Shown here piece after piece: positions 1 through 12,563 of a stretch of 64,000 bases of DNA. Below the pieces are notes generated by a model that saw only the letters and a list, made by a program, of their open reading frames with translations, did not search any database and was not told the origin of the DNA. The stretch is from assembly GCA_036676395.1 (NCBI GenBank), contig JAKFCY010000003.1, positions 384,001 through 448,000 of the forward strand. The letters run 5' to 3'. The position numbers and the translations under genes were made by a program. How positions within the stretch are numbered: position 1 is the stretch's first letter; every line of letters begins with the position of its first letter. This stretch comes from Bdellovibrio sp. GTDB taxonomy: Bacteria > Bdellovibrionota > Bdellovibrionia > Bdellovibrionales > Bdellovibrionaceae.

Positions 1-346
1 GGCCTTTTCTGTCGGTGTATTTTTTAAGAGTGAAATTTTTGATTCCTAAACCGCGAGATGAAACTTCAAATTTAACTGTGTCATCTTCGTAAGGAAACGT
101 TTTTTCTTCTTCAACAGCTGTTGTCGCGGCAACTGTTGCTGAAGTGCTCGGTATAGTGGTTGCTGTTTCACCCGTTGTTGCCGTCGTGGTTGCGCTAGCT
201 ATCGTTGCAACTTGTTCGGTAACTGGTTTTTGTGGGTATTTTTTACTTAAATAAAACTGCCAGCCCCATAAACCAAAAAATGTGAATGCTATGGCCATCA
301 AAAATTTTGGATTTCCAAAGGGTGATTCGCTTTGATTTTTATTCAT
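1..346 (-). CDS. yidC: Membrane protein insertase YidC, N-terminal part (runs off window start)
   Basis: Manual translation from ATG at 346: MNKNQSESPFGNPKFLMAIAFTFFGLWGWQFYLSKKYPQ... This is a TM anchor, then a Thr/Ala-rich linker, then a periplasmic domain. Canonical rpmH-rnpA-yidD-yidC order. Confidence 0.85.
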   Translation of the reverse strand, partial: MNKNQSESPFGNPKFLMAIAFTFFGLWGWQFYLSKKYPQKPVTEQVATIASATTTATTGETATTIPSTSATVAATTAVEEEKTFPYEDDTVKFEVSSRGLGIKNFTLKKYTDRKG

Positions 347-363
347 CTGTATCCCTATCTTCT

Positions 364-606
364 TTATGCCTTTGGTACCGGATCAAACCCCTTGTGGGAG
401 CAGAACGGATGGCATTTAAGTAGTCTGACTGTTGTTAAACGAAAGGCTTTTAAGAAAGTGTGCGTCTGAAAGCTTTCAACTGCGTAATGCGAGCAGCTGG
501 GATAAAACCGGCAATTTCCACCTAAAAAGTATGAAAATGAAGCCTGATAAAATTTCACTAAATATATAGATGCTTGGCTAGGCCATGACGGCCGAGACGA
601 AATCAC
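364..606 (-). CDS. yidD: Membrane protein insertion efficiency factor YidD
   Basis: CRFYPSCSHY...RLLKCHPF..GFDPVP motif. Start placed at GTG 606 rather than 705 (uncertain). Confidence 0.9.
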   Translation of the reverse strand: MISSRPSWPSQASIYLVKFYQASFSYFLGGNCRFYPSCSHYAVESFQTHTFLKAFRLTTVRLLKCHPFCSHKGFDPVPKA

Positions 607-913
607 TGTACTTGAGATTTTTGTAAAAACCTTCGGGTTGTGTTCTGAACATGAACACAACTTTTTTAGATTTGAATTTAGAACTCCAGCCTGCAGATCG
701 TACACAGTTACGCACCCATCTCTTTAGCTTATTTCGTACTACGGCGGAGCCTACTTTTTTTGAAACTGTTATGCCGAAATACGCAAAATCATCCTTTGAA
801 TCCAATGTAATTACGGTCAGATAAGAGGAAGCTCTTATCTTACGACCAGTTTTTGTAATTTGAGTGAATTCAGAGGAAAGCTTTATTGGAAAGACTTTAG
901 AATTACTTTCCAC
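578..913 (-). CDS. rnpA: Ribonuclease P protein component
   Basis: [22 protein letters not shown] (RNR motif); lies between rpmH and yidD. Confidence 0.95.
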   Translation of the reverse strand: MESNSKVFPIKLSSEFTQITKTGRKIRASSYLTVITLDSKDDFAYFGITVSKKVGSAVVRNKLKRWVRNCVRSAGWSSKFKSKKVVFMFRTQPEGFYKNLKYSDFVSAVMA

Positions 914-1055
914 CAGGTTTAACAGTTAATTTTTTACGGCCTTTAGCTCTACGACGAGCGATAGTTTTTTTACCTGCAGAAGTTTTCATTCTAGCACGGA
1001 AACCGTGTTTTTTAGCGCGACGTTTTTTGCTAGGTTGGTATGTACGTTTGCTCAT
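903..1055 (-). CDS. rpmH: 50S ribosomal protein L34 (absent from the ORF track, 50 aa)
   Basis: Manual translation [57 protein letters not shown] upstream. Confidence 0.97.
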   Translation of the reverse strand: MSKRTYQPSKKRRAKKHGFRARMKTSAGKKTIARRRAKGRKKLTVKPGGK

Positions 1056-1223
1056 ATGTATCCTCTATATCTTTGTCTTTCGACTTTTACTCTTACGACG
1101 ATTAACCGTCTGTTGTAAGTTTTAACTTGCAAATATTTTAAGCTCTCCCAAAAAAGAGAATCCTAGTTAAAGCACATCGCGGCATCATGGTCAACTGTTG
1201 AAAACTGGCTCTGCCTTTGGTAG

Positions 1224-1232
1224 TTATCCACA
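1224..1232 (+). promoter_or_regulatory. DnaA box upstream of dnaA (probable autoregulation)
   Basis: Perfect TTATCCACA ending 24 nt before the likely GTG start. Confidence 0.75.
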
Positions 1233-1256
1233 TTCCGTTAATTGCTAGGGGGGCCA

Positions 1257-2678
1257 GTGCAGTTAAATTCAGCAAATTTGGATTCATCGTTTTGGAATCA
1301 AGTAAAGTCGACTATGAAGCAGAAGAGCGGTTCAAACCGTATCTTAGAGTCATATCTTGAGCCGGTGGAGTTTATTAGCACCGAAAAAAAGGATGATAAG
1401 TTCCATTTCACCCTATCTGTGCCTAACCAGTTCATCTATTTTTATGTGAATGAGAACCTTAAAGAAAAGATCGTAGCTGAAATTAAGAATCTTATTCCTG
1501 AAGAATTTGAGATTAATCTTATAGTTTCGGCAAAAAATACAATTGATTACAACTCATCATTGCAGGATGTGCTGCAAAATTCAGATGAATTGTTACAAGT
1601 TCAAAATAAATTAAACCAAGCCAAGCAACTCCCCGTAGTCGCCAATATGGATTTAATGGGTGAAGAGTTTACCTTTTCAACATTCGTTGTCGGTAAAAAT
1701 TCAGAATTTGCCCATGCAGCTACATATAATGTGTCGCAAAGCCCTGGCGAAGGTGATTACAATCCCCTCTTTATATATGGACCATCGGGAATGGGTAAAA
1801 CGCATTTATTAAAAGCGGCTATCCACCAGATTCACCAAAATTATCCACATTATCGCGTACTCTATACAAGTGCTGAAAAATTTCTAAATGAGTGCGTTCA
1901 ATCTATTCGTCGCCAAGAGATGGATAAATTTCGCATGAAATACCGCGAAAACTGCGATGTTTTAGTTGTCGATGACGTACAGTACATTGAACGTGGTGAA
2001 CGCGTTCAGGAAGAATTCTTCCATACCGTGAACGCATTTATTGAACGACGCCGCCAAGTGATCTTAGCCAGCGATCGTATGCCTAAAGATATTTTAAATT
2101 TAGAAGATAGATCGCGCACACGTTTAGAACGTGGATTAATCGCAGATATCACAATGCCCGATTTTGAAACACGGATAGCCATATTACGTTACAAAGTTGA
2201 AAAGAAAAATTTGCGTATCCCTGAAGATGCTATCCAATATTTAGCAAGAATTTCAAAACGCTCGATTCGTGAGCTTGAAGGCAATTTAAATAAAATTAAA
2301 ATGTTCTCTGAACTTCAAGGGGTAACGGTTAATTTAGAATTAGCGCGTAAAATTTTATCACATCACGAAAACACAGCGACTATTAGTGTTGATGAAATTT
2401 TACGAATTACGGCGGAATACTTCAAAATTCGCATTACTGATCTAAAATCAAGCAGCCGGGCGAAGCCAGTTGTAGTGCCTAGACAAATCGCAATGTGGTT
2501 GATCAAAAAGTTTTTAGATAAGTCTTTAGTTGAAATTGGTAAAACTTTTGGCGGTCGTGATCACACAACAGTCATCAATTCACTTGAAAAGGTCGAATCT
2601 ACACAGGCCAAAGATCTGCAATACAAAAGTGATATCGACGAGTTAGTGAACCAAATCCACAATATCACCGGTTTATAA
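1257..2678 (+). CDS. dnaA: Chromosomal replication initiator DnaA
   Basis: YNPLFIYGPSGMGKTHL Walker A, VDDVQ Walker B, GGRDHTTV domain IV; GTG 1257 follows a G-rich SD. Confidence 0.99.
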   Translation: MQLNSANLDSSFWNQVKSTMKQKSGSNRILESYLEPVEFISTEKKDDKFHFTLSVPNQFIYFYVNENLKEKIVAEIKNLIPEEFEINLIVSAKNTIDYNSSLQDVLQNSDELLQVQNKLNQAKQLPVVANMDLMGEEFTFSTFVVGKNSEFAHAATYNVSQSPGEGDYNPLFIYGPSGMGKTHLLKAAIHQIHQNYPHYRVLYTSAEKFLNECVQSIRRQEMDKFRMKYRENCDVLVVDDVQYIERGERVQEEFFHTVNAFIERRRQVILASDRMPKDILNLEDRSRTRLERGLIADITMPDFETRIAILRYKVEKKNLRIPEDAIQYLARISKRSIRELEGNLNKIKMFSELQGVTVNLELARKILSHHENTATISVDEILRITAEYFKIRITDLKSSSRAKPVVVPRQIAMWLIKKFLDKSLVEIGKTFGGRDHTTVINSLEKVESTQAKDLQYKSDIDELVNQIHNITGL

Positions 2679-2920
2679 CATGTGGATTGTGGATAATTAT
2701 GTGGATTAGCTTTGTATAGTTTGGTGGACAAAGTTACCCCCAAATTCAGGCGAATAAAAAGGTAAGCTAGGCGTTGAGTTTTCCACAGGAAAAGGTTAGA
2801 AGTTTCAATAATTTAATAGAGTTTTACGGATAACTACAGCCCCTACTACTACGACTATATATTTATATATATAATAATAGGGAAAAAGGGATCCAAAAAA
2901 CAGAACCAAAAAGGCTTGAT
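2679..2920. other. oriC (dnaA-dnaN intergenic region)
   Basis: Cluster of DnaA boxes (TGTGGATTG 2681, TGTGGATAA 2688, TGTGGATTA 2700, TTTTCCACA 2779, TACGGATAA 2825). Then GCCCC, CTA-CTA-CTA-CGA-CTA trios (2843-2857) and an AT-only tract (about 2856-2879). Confidence 0.9.
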
Positions 2921-4027
2921 ATGAAAATCGAAATTCAGAAAAAAGATTTATTAGGATTAATTGGTAGAACACAAAACATCGTTGAAAAAAGAAATACAAT
3001 GCCTGTTTTAGTGAATGTTCTTTTAGAAAGCTCTAATAATCAATTAAAGGCCTATGCAACGGATTTAGAAGTAAGCCTTACTGACAGCAGCCCAGCCGTG
3101 ATTAAAGAAGATGGCAAGGTCGCAGTGAGCGCTAAGAGCCTATTTGATTTAACTAAAGAACTTTTAGAAGGACCAATCCAATTAACTAAAAAAGATAATA
3201 ACTACTTAGAAATCAAGCAGGGTAAGTTTTTATCTAAAATTGTTGGTGTTGCTGCTGAAGAGTATCCAGTGTTCCCAACTTACAAATCTGAAAACTTCTC
3301 AAAAATTGATGCGTCAGAATTTAAGCAGATGATCGATAAAACTATTTATTCTGTTTCAAACGATGAGACTCGTTACCACTTAAACGGAGTTTTTTTTGAA
3401 GCCTCTGATATGAACAATGTGACAATGGTTGCTACTGATGGTCACCGTCTAAGTTTAATTAAAAAAACTTTCGCCGGCTTAACTTTCACCGACAAAGTTG
3501 GCGTGATTATTCCTAAAAAAGGTTTATTCGAAATTAAAAAATTAATTGAGAACACAGTTGAAGATGTATTTGTCGCTGTAGAAGGTTCACAATTTATTGT
3601 TAAATGTGGCACTTGTGTATTGATGATTCGTTTGATCGAAGGCAAGTACCCGAATTATCAACAGTTTATTCCACAAAAGTTATCTCACAAAATTAAAATT
3701 CCTCGTGAAATGATTTTATCTTCGTTAAAAAAAGTTTCTTTATTAGCGAACCAAAAATCAAAAGCGATTTTATTTTCATTCACATCAAATAAATTAGAAA
3801 TCACTTCAAGCAATCCAGAACTTGGTGATGCTAAAGATGAATTAGATGTTGATTACACTGGGCCTGATTTAAAAATCGGTTTTAATGCAAGATACATTGA
3901 AGATGTTTTAAAAAATATCGAACAAGAAAGTATCGAGATCGAATTAAATGATCAGACTTCTCCTGGCGTTTTAAAAGCGCACGGTAAAAATGATTACATC
4001 AACGTAGTTATGCCTATGAGAATTTGA
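2921..4027 (+). CDS. dnaN: DNA polymerase III beta sliding clamp
   Basis: ATDLEV, ETRYHLNGV, VATDGHRL, GKYPNY and VVMPMR motifs. Confidence 0.99.
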   Translation: MKIEIQKKDLLGLIGRTQNIVEKRNTMPVLVNVLLESSNNQLKAYATDLEVSLTDSSPAVIKEDGKVAVSAKSLFDLTKELLEGPIQLTKKDNNYLEIKQGKFLSKIVGVAAEEYPVFPTYKSENFSKIDASEFKQMIDKTIYSVSNDETRYHLNGVFFEASDMNNVTMVATDGHRLSLIKKTFAGLTFTDKVGVIIPKKGLFEIKKLIENTVEDVFVAVEGSQFIVKCGTCVLMIRLIEGKYPNYQQFIPQKLSHKIKIPREMILSSLKKVSLLANQKSKAILFSFTSNKLEITSSNPELGDAKDELDVDYTGPDLKIGFNARYIEDVLKNIEQESIEIELNDQTSPGVLKAHGKNDYINVVMPMRI

Positions 4028-5160
4028 TGCAATTAAATACGCTCGGGTTGAAAAACTTTAGAAACATTTCTGAAGCTTTTCTACGGCTTTCTCCACGCCT
4101 TAATATTTTTATTGGCGATAATGGTCAGGGAAAAACAAATTTTATCGAAAGTATTCATCTTCTGATTGAGGGTGAATCTTTTAGATACTCTGATTATTCA
4201 ACACTTGTTCAATTCGGCCATCAGAATGCTTTTATCAAAGCCACTTTAATAAATAACGATCTTGAATACCAAATACTGTTGAAAATTCTGGGGAATAAGA
4301 AAGAAACTTTGGTGAATGATAAAAAAACCACCAAGATTGAGCAGTATTTGCCTCCTGTTGTGTTATTTTCACCTGAAAGCCTATCAGTGATCAAAGAAAG
4401 TGCTGATGAGCGTAGAAAGCTTTTAGATAGCTTAATCGAAACCAGCATAAAAAATGGTAAACAGTTATTACTAGATTTTAAAAAAGCCTTAAGAACGCGC
4501 AATAAAATTTTAAAAGATATTTCTGAAGAAAAAATATCTCGTGATATGGGATTGCAAACATTGGAGAGCATCAATCAGATCTATTTTAATTTAGCCGGTA
4601 AGCTTACCTACCTGCGAATTAAATGTCTGACCGACATCAAACCCTTTGTGCAAGAGGCTTTGGTTAAAATCGAAGCAAAAAATCCAAATGTGACGTTTGA
4701 TTTTTCTTACGTTATTTCAGATCAAAAAATTGTGGAAAATTCTGAGGAAATGTTGATAAACCTCATGAAAAAAAGAGCTCAAGAATTGCTTCCAGCTGAG
4801 CTTTCCGCAGGCATAAGTTTAGTTGGTCCGCAGAAGCATGATGTCATATTTCTATATAGCGGAAATGACTCACGATTCTACTCTTCACAGGGACAACAAA
4901 GATCTATCATATTAGCTTTCAAAATGGCTCAAATCGTGTATCATTACAGGGTTAACGGATTCTATCCTGTTTTGTTATTGGATGATGTGTTGTCAGAGCT
5001 CGATCAAACTAAGCAAAGTTCGCTTGTTTTGGCGTTGAATGAAATTCAAACGCAGACCTTTCTCACCTCTACTGATATCGAAGTTTTAAAAAAACTGAAC
5101 ATCGATAGTAGTATCGTTTTCAAAGTACAAAATGGATTTGTACAAAGCGAAAATAAGTAA
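4027..5160 (+). CDS. recF: DNA replication/repair protein RecF
   Basis: GDNGQGKTN Walker A, SQGQQR, LLLDDVLSELD; ATG overlaps the dnaN stop. Confidence 0.97.
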   Translation: MQLNTLGLKNFRNISEAFLRLSPRLNIFIGDNGQGKTNFIESIHLLIEGESFRYSDYSTLVQFGHQNAFIKATLINNDLEYQILLKILGNKKETLVNDKKTTKIEQYLPPVVLFSPESLSVIKESADERRKLLDSLIETSIKNGKQLLLDFKKALRTRNKILKDISEEKISRDMGLQTLESINQIYFNLAGKLTYLRIKCLTDIKPFVQEALVKIEAKNPNVTFDFSYVISDQKIVENSEEMLINLMKKRAQELLPAELSAGISLVGPQKHDVIFLYSGNDSRFYSSQGQQRSIILAFKMAQIVYHYRVNGFYPVLLLDDVLSELDQTKQSSLVLALNEIQTQTFLTSTDIEVLKKLNIDSSIVFKVQNGFVQSENK

Positions 5161-5182
5161 ATTTTAAAAATTTATTTTTTAA

Positions 5183-7636
<2,454 letters not shown>

Positions 7637-7649
7637 AGGGAAAAGTTAG

Positions 7650-10115
7650 ATGGATTCAAACGAAACACCAGTTAGAGGCGTAACTAACGTAGATATTAAT
7701 AAAGAAATGCGCGAAGCTTACTTACAGTATTCAATGTCTGTAATCGTGGGGCGCGCATTACCAGATGTGCGTGATGGTTTAAAACCAGTTCACAGACGCG
7801 TGTTGTTCGCGCAGCATGAATTATCAAATACTCATGATAAACCCTATAAAAAATCGGCACGTGTTGTCGGTGACGTTATCGGTAAATACCATCCGCATGG
7901 TGATACTGCGGCTTACGATACTATGGTTCGTATGGCGCAAGATTTTTCGCTACGCTACCCGTTGATTGATGGTCAGGGTAACTTCGGTTCTATCGATGGC
8001 GATTCGGCCGCAGCTTCTCGTTATACAGAAGTTCGTATGACTCGTTTGGCAGAAGAATTACTTGCTGATATCGAAAAAGAAACTGTAGCTCACGGACCCA
8101 ATTACGATGACTCTTTAGAAATTCCGCTAGTTTTACCTGCTAAATTTCCTAATTTATTAGTGAATGGTTCATCAGGTATTGCGGTTGGTATGGCGACAAA
8201 TATTCCGCCACACAACTTAGGCGAAGTGATCGACGGAGCAATTCATTTAATTAATAATCCAGACTGTTCGATTGATGAATTAATCGAAAGAATTCCAGGA
8301 CCGGATTTTCCAACAGCTGGTTTAATCGCAGGCCGCGCAGGGATCTTACAGGCTTATAAAAAAGGCCGCGGGATCATCACTTTAAAAGCGCGCACTGAAA
8401 TTGAAACTAAAAAAGATCACGAAGAAATTATCGTGACTGAACTTCCGTACCAAGTGAACAAAGCAAAACTAATTGAAAGTATTGCTGATCTTGTGAAAGA
8501 AAAAACTGTTGAAGGTATCTCTGATATCCGCGACGAATCTTCTCGTGAAGGTATGCGCGTAGTTATTATTTTAAAACGTAACGAAAACGCATCTGTTATT
8601 TTAAATCGTTTATTTAAATACACTCAGCTTCAAGTAAGCTTTGGTATTATCATGCTTGCGATTGATAAAACGAATCAACCGGTAACATTCGACTTAAAAG
8701 CGATGTTAGAAGCTTTCGTTGATCACAGACGTGATGTTGTAACTAAACGTTGTATTTTCGAACTTAAAAAAGCTCAAGAGCGCGCTCATATTTTAGAAGG
8801 CTTGAAAAAAGCGTTAGATAATATCGATGCGGTTATTGCTACGATTAAGGCTTCAAAAGAAGCTAATCAAGCTCGTGAAGCGTTACAAACTACATTTCAA
8901 TTCTCTGAGCGCCAGGCAACAGCGATCTTAGAAATGCGTTTACAACGTTTAACTGGTTTAGAAATTCAAAAAATCATTGATGAATTAGCAGAGATTACAA
9001 AACAAATTAACTGGTTAAGATTCGTTTTAGCTGACGTTAAAGAAATCTATAAAATCATCGTTGGTGAATTAGAAGACATTAGAAAAAAATATGCAGATCC
9101 ACGCCGCTCTGAAATCACGGGTGATATGGAAGATCTTGAAGACGAAGACTTAATTGCTGATGAAGCAATGGTTGTGACTGTGACTAACACAGGTTACATC
9201 AAGCGTATTTCGACTGAAGAATACCGCGTACAAAAACGTGGTGGTAAAGGCCTTAAAGGCATGGAGACTCGCGAAGAAGACTATGTAACCGATATCTTTA
9301 CAGCAAGTACGAAAACTCAGTTATTAGTGTTCACAGATAAAGGTAAAGTTTACTGGTGTAAAGTTCATAAATTACCATTGGGTAACAGAACTTCTAAAGG
9401 TAAAGCGATTGCCAATGTTGTTCAGCTTGCAGCTGGCGAAAAAGTAAAAGCGATTTTACCGGTAAATGAATTTAGCGAAAATAAATATGTTGTGATGTTA
9501 ACTGAAAAAGGGATCATCAAAAAAACATCTTTAGATGCATTTAATAATCCACGCCAAGCAGGTATTATTGCTTTAACTACGGATCTTGATGATCAGCTAG
9601 TGGCCGCAAAAATTTCTGATGGCCAAAGTGATATTTTCATCGCAACCAAAGAAGGTATGTCGATTCGTTTTAACGAAGATGACGTGCGTGGCATGGGCAG
9701 ATCTGCTCGTGGCGTGAAGGGTATGACTTTAGCTAAAGAAGATATCGTAGTGGGCTTCCAAGTGATCGAGAAAGACACGAAAGATACTTTATTGATGGTA
9801 ACTTCAAAAGGTTACGGCAAACGTTCAGAAGTATCAGAATATCGCGTACAAAGCCGCGGTGGTGTTGGTATCATTACGCAAAAAACAACGGATAAAGTTG
9901 GTATTGTGGTTGGAACATTAAAAGTTAATGCCGCACAAGAATTGATTTTATCTACGGATCAAGGCCAAGTTATTAGAATGAAAATTTCTGATATTTCTGT
10001 TCTTGGACGTAATACTCAAGGTGTTAGATTAATTAACTTAGATGAAAAACAAGAATTCGTGTCAGGTTTAGCTGTTGTCGATGATGAAGATAAAGCCGGC
10101 GAAGAAATCCATTAA
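7650..10115 (+). CDS. gyrA: DNA gyrase subunit A
   Basis: HPHGD, catalytic RYTE, GyrA-box QKRGGKG, C-terminal pinwheel repeats. Confidence 0.99.
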   Translation: MDSNETPVRGVTNVDINKEMREAYLQYSMSVIVGRALPDVRDGLKPVHRRVLFAQHELSNTHDKPYKKSARVVGDVIGKYHPHGDTAAYDTMVRMAQDFSLRYPLIDGQGNFGSIDGDSAAASRYTEVRMTRLAEELLADIEKETVAHGPNYDDSLEIPLVLPAKFPNLLVNGSSGIAVGMATNIPPHNLGEVIDGAIHLINNPDCSIDELIERIPGPDFPTAGLIAGRAGILQAYKKGRGIITLKARTEIETKKDHEEIIVTELPYQVNKAKLIESIADLVKEKTVEGISDIRDESSREGMRVVIILKRNENASVILNRLFKYTQLQVSFGIIMLAIDKTNQPVTFDLKAMLEAFVDHRRDVVTKRCIFELKKAQERAHILEGLKKALDNIDAVIATIKASKEANQAREALQTTFQFSERQATAILEMRLQRLTGLEIQKIIDELAEITKQINWLRFVLADVKEIYKIIVGELEDIRKKYADPRRSEITGDMEDLEDEDLIADEAMVVTVTNTGYIKRISTEEYRVQKRGGKGLKGMETREEDYVTDIFTASTKTQLLVFTDKGKVYWCKVHKLPLGNRTSKGKAIANVVQLAAGEKVKAILPVNEFSENKYVVMLTEKGIIKKTSLDAFNNPRQAGIIALTTDLDDQLVAAKISDGQSDIFIATKEGMSIRFNEDDVRGMGRSARGVKGMTLAKEDIVVGFQVIEKDTKDTLLMVTSKGYGKRSEVSEYRVQSRGGVGIITQKTTDKVGIVVGTLKVNAAQELILSTDQGQVIRMKISDISVLGRNTQGVRLINLDEKQEFVSGLAVVDDEDKAGEEIH

Positions 10116-10902
10116 GTTATTCACACTTCTTTTTATGGCAGGTGCCATTAGTGCCTGCCAATCTAGAGCTGAAAAATTTTATCATTTAGCGCAAACAAAA
10201 ATCGAACAGCGTCAGTTTTCTGATGCTGTTGAATTGTTAGAAAACTCTGCTGAATTAGAAAAAAATAATCGCATCTGGTCTAAAACTAATTTTGAAATTG
10301 CCAGAATCCTGCGTTTTGAAATTCAAGATTACAATAAAGCCCTGTTCGTCTATCGTGAACTTATTTTAAAATCCGAAGAAGCCTCTATTCGCTTGTTATC
10401 ACAAGAAGCTATTGCTGAAATTTATTTTGAAAATATTCAAGACTACATCACCGCAGTTAAAGAATACTTGTTATTAGAATCACTGATTAGAGATCCTGAA
10501 AAATTAGAACGCATTCGTCTTAAAATTGCTCAGTGCTATAGATACACCGGAAGTTTTAAAACAGCGCTTGAATATATCGAAGTGTTTTTAAACTCAGCTA
10601 AGACTGAAAAAAATTCCTTTTTAAAATTAAAAGCTCAAACCTATGCCTCATTAGGTCAGTACGATGAAGCCATTAAAAACTATAACTTAATTCTATCGAA
10701 CGACCCGAAATACTTTTTAGATGAAAACCTATATGTAGTGGTTGCGATGGCTTACGAAGAAAAACAGGATTACAAAACGGCTTTGGCTTACATCCAACAA
10801 AACAAAAATAAAATTAAAGACGGCTCTTATGTTGAGCTAAGAATTAAGCGACTAAATGAAAAGCTTTTGAATAAGCCGTTCACAAAGGGAGTTCGTAAAT
10901 GA
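10081..10902 (+). CDS. TPR-repeat lipoprotein
   Basis: Basic N-terminus, hydrophobic stretch and lipobox ISAC; TPR-like helical repeats; overlaps gyrA end. Confidence 0.75.
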   Translation: MMKIKPAKKSIKLFTLLFMAGAISACQSRAEKFYHLAQTKIEQRQFSDAVELLENSAELEKNNRIWSKTNFEIARILRFEIQDYNKALFVYRELILKSEEASIRLLSQEAIAEIYFENIQDYITAVKEYLLLESLIRDPEKLERIRLKIAQCYRYTGSFKTALEYIEVFLNSAKTEKNSFLKLKAQTYASLGQYDEAIKNYNLILSNDPKYFLDENLYVVVAMAYEEKQDYKTALAYIQQNKNKIKDGSYVELRIKRLNEKLLNKPFTKGVRK

Positions 10903-11117
10903 GTAAGCCAGCGAAGAAAAATAAATACCTTATGTTCGGTGCGATTGGCTTCGAATTGATATCGCTTATTTTGTTTGCAATTTATGGCGGCGAATATTTG
11001 GTTAAACAAGGCTATCCGAACTACTTGAAAGCTTTATTCATTGTCTTGGCATTTGTTGTATGGTTTATCAGTCTTATCACTAAGTTACGCTCGATCGAAA
11101 AAAATAAAGATCAGTAG
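10899..11117 (+). CDS. AtpZ/AtpI-family small membrane protein
   Basis: Two TM helices, IGFEL motif; position upstream of atpB. Confidence 0.65.
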   Translation: MSKPAKKNKYLMFGAIGFELISLILFAIYGGEYLVKQGYPNYLKALFIVLAFVVWFISLITKLRSIEKNKDQ

Positions 11118-11130
11118 AAAGACCTCTATA

Positions 11131-11481
11131 ATGATTAAAAAAATCGCACTTTTATCCTTGCTAACCGCGATTGTTGCGGGACTTGCCGCCTGGCTTTTCA
11201 CAAAACCAGATATGGCCGCAACCGGATTTGCGACGCATGTGATGTTAATCCTAAATATGCTAGGAATTTGGCTTATTTGGAGTGTGGTTTTCGAGAAAAA
11301 ATCGGTTGCCCTAGGGGTCGTGATCATTATATTAAAATACCCATTGCTTGGATATATTGTCGTACAGATGAGCCGCCAAACTTGGTTTAGTTCTATTGGC
11401 GTTTTAATCGGATTTTCATCGTTTGTACTTTCAATCGTCTTAGCAGCATTAGTTAGACACAAACTTGAAAACAAAACTTAA
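11131..11481 (+). CDS. atpI: ATP synthase protein I-like membrane protein
   Basis: Four TM helices directly before atpB; start at ATG 11131. Confidence 0.6.
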   Translation: MIKKIALLSLLTAIVAGLAAWLFTKPDMAATGFATHVMLILNMLGIWLIWSVVFEKKSVALGVVIIILKYPLLGYIVVQMSRQTWFSSIGVLIGFSSFVLSIVLAALVRHKLENKT

Positions 11482-11498
11482 AGCGTAAGGAAACGATT

Positions 11499-12179
11499 AT
11501 GCATTTTAACTGGACGCAATTATTAGTGGGTCATCACTATGCTCACGTAGCAACTCTTGTTCTTGCCACTGTATTAACGATCATCTTAGGCCTAGTAGCT
11601 CGCGTATCATTAGGATCAGGTGATGCAGCAGTTATCCCAACAGGAAAATTTTCTGTTCGCGGTGTTTTCGAATTCTTAACTGAATACTTATACAACTTAG
11701 CAAGCCAAGTGATCGGCGCACACGGAAGAGCTTTCGGTCCGTACTTCGCGGCGATTTTTACTTTTATTTTAATCAACAACTTCTTAGGTTTATTACCTGG
11801 AATGACTCCTGCAACTGATAACTTCAACACGACATTCGCGTTCGGTGTGTTTTCATTCTTAGCATACAATGTTGTTGGTTTAAAAGAAGGTGGCTTAGGT
11901 TACCTTAAACATTTCTTGGGCCCAGTTTTAGCTTTAGCTCCATTGATGTTAATCATAGAATTAATTTCTCACTTTATTCGTCCGTTAACTTTAGGTTTAC
12001 GTTTAGCGAATGTAATGACAGGTGACCATGCGGTATTAACAGTTTTCTTAAACTTGTTTCCGATCGGGCCTGCAATTCCATTCTACTTAATGGGAATGCT
12101 TGTTTGCGTAATTCAAGCGTTCGTATTCACTTTATTATCAATGGTCTACGTGGCTCTTGCTACAGCCCACGACCACTAA
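11499..12179 (+). CDS. atpB: ATP synthase Fo subunit a
   Basis: NFLGLLPG, IELISHFIRPLTLGLRLANV (conserved Arg), IQAFVFTLLS. Confidence 0.97.
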   Translation: MHFNWTQLLVGHHYAHVATLVLATVLTIILGLVARVSLGSGDAAVIPTGKFSVRGVFEFLTEYLYNLASQVIGAHGRAFGPYFAAIFTFILINNFLGLLPGMTPATDNFNTTFAFGVFSFLAYNVVGLKEGGLGYLKHFLGPVLALAPLMLIIELISHFIRPLTLGLRLANVMTGDHAVLTVFLNLFPIGPAIPFYLMGMLVCVIQAFVFTLLSMVYVALATAHDH

Positions 12180-12213
12180 TACACAACACCCTTAATTGGG
12201 TAAGGAGATCCCC

Positions 12214-12531
12214 ATGAAAAAAGCAATTTTATTTGCTACAACTTTTTTAGCTTCTGTTAGCGTTTTCGCTCAAGATGCTGCTGCAGCTTCTTCTAATAGC
12301 GGTTTAATCGCTATCGGCGCTGCTATCGCAATCGGTTTAGCTGTTTACGGCGGAACTTCTGCACAAGGTAAAGCTGCTTCTGCTGCTTTAGAAGGAATGG
12401 CTCGTAATCCAGCTGCTTCTGACAAATTATTCACTCCGCTTATCTTATCTTTAGCTCTTATCGAGTCTTTAGTTATCTTAGCGTTCCTAGTTGCTTTCGT
12501 AAAATTACCAGCAGCTGGTTTCGGTTTCTAA
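12214..12531 (+). CDS. atpE: ATP synthase Fo subunit c with N-terminal signal-like extension
   Basis: GMARNP loop, ALIES ion-binding Glu; AAGGAG SD before ATG 12214. Confidence 0.95.
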   Translation: MKKAILFATTFLASVSVFAQDAAAASSNSGLIAIGAAIAIGLAVYGGTSAQGKAASAALEGMARNPAASDKLFTPLILSLALIESLVILAFLVAFVKLPAAGFGF

Positions 12532-12563
12532 TTTTTTCTATTAGAAAAAGTTTCGAACTTAAG

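Noticed and set aside
2561..2999. Short minus-strand ORFs across the dnaA-dnaN gap
   Set aside because: They overlap oriC and the flanking genes and show no coding signal.
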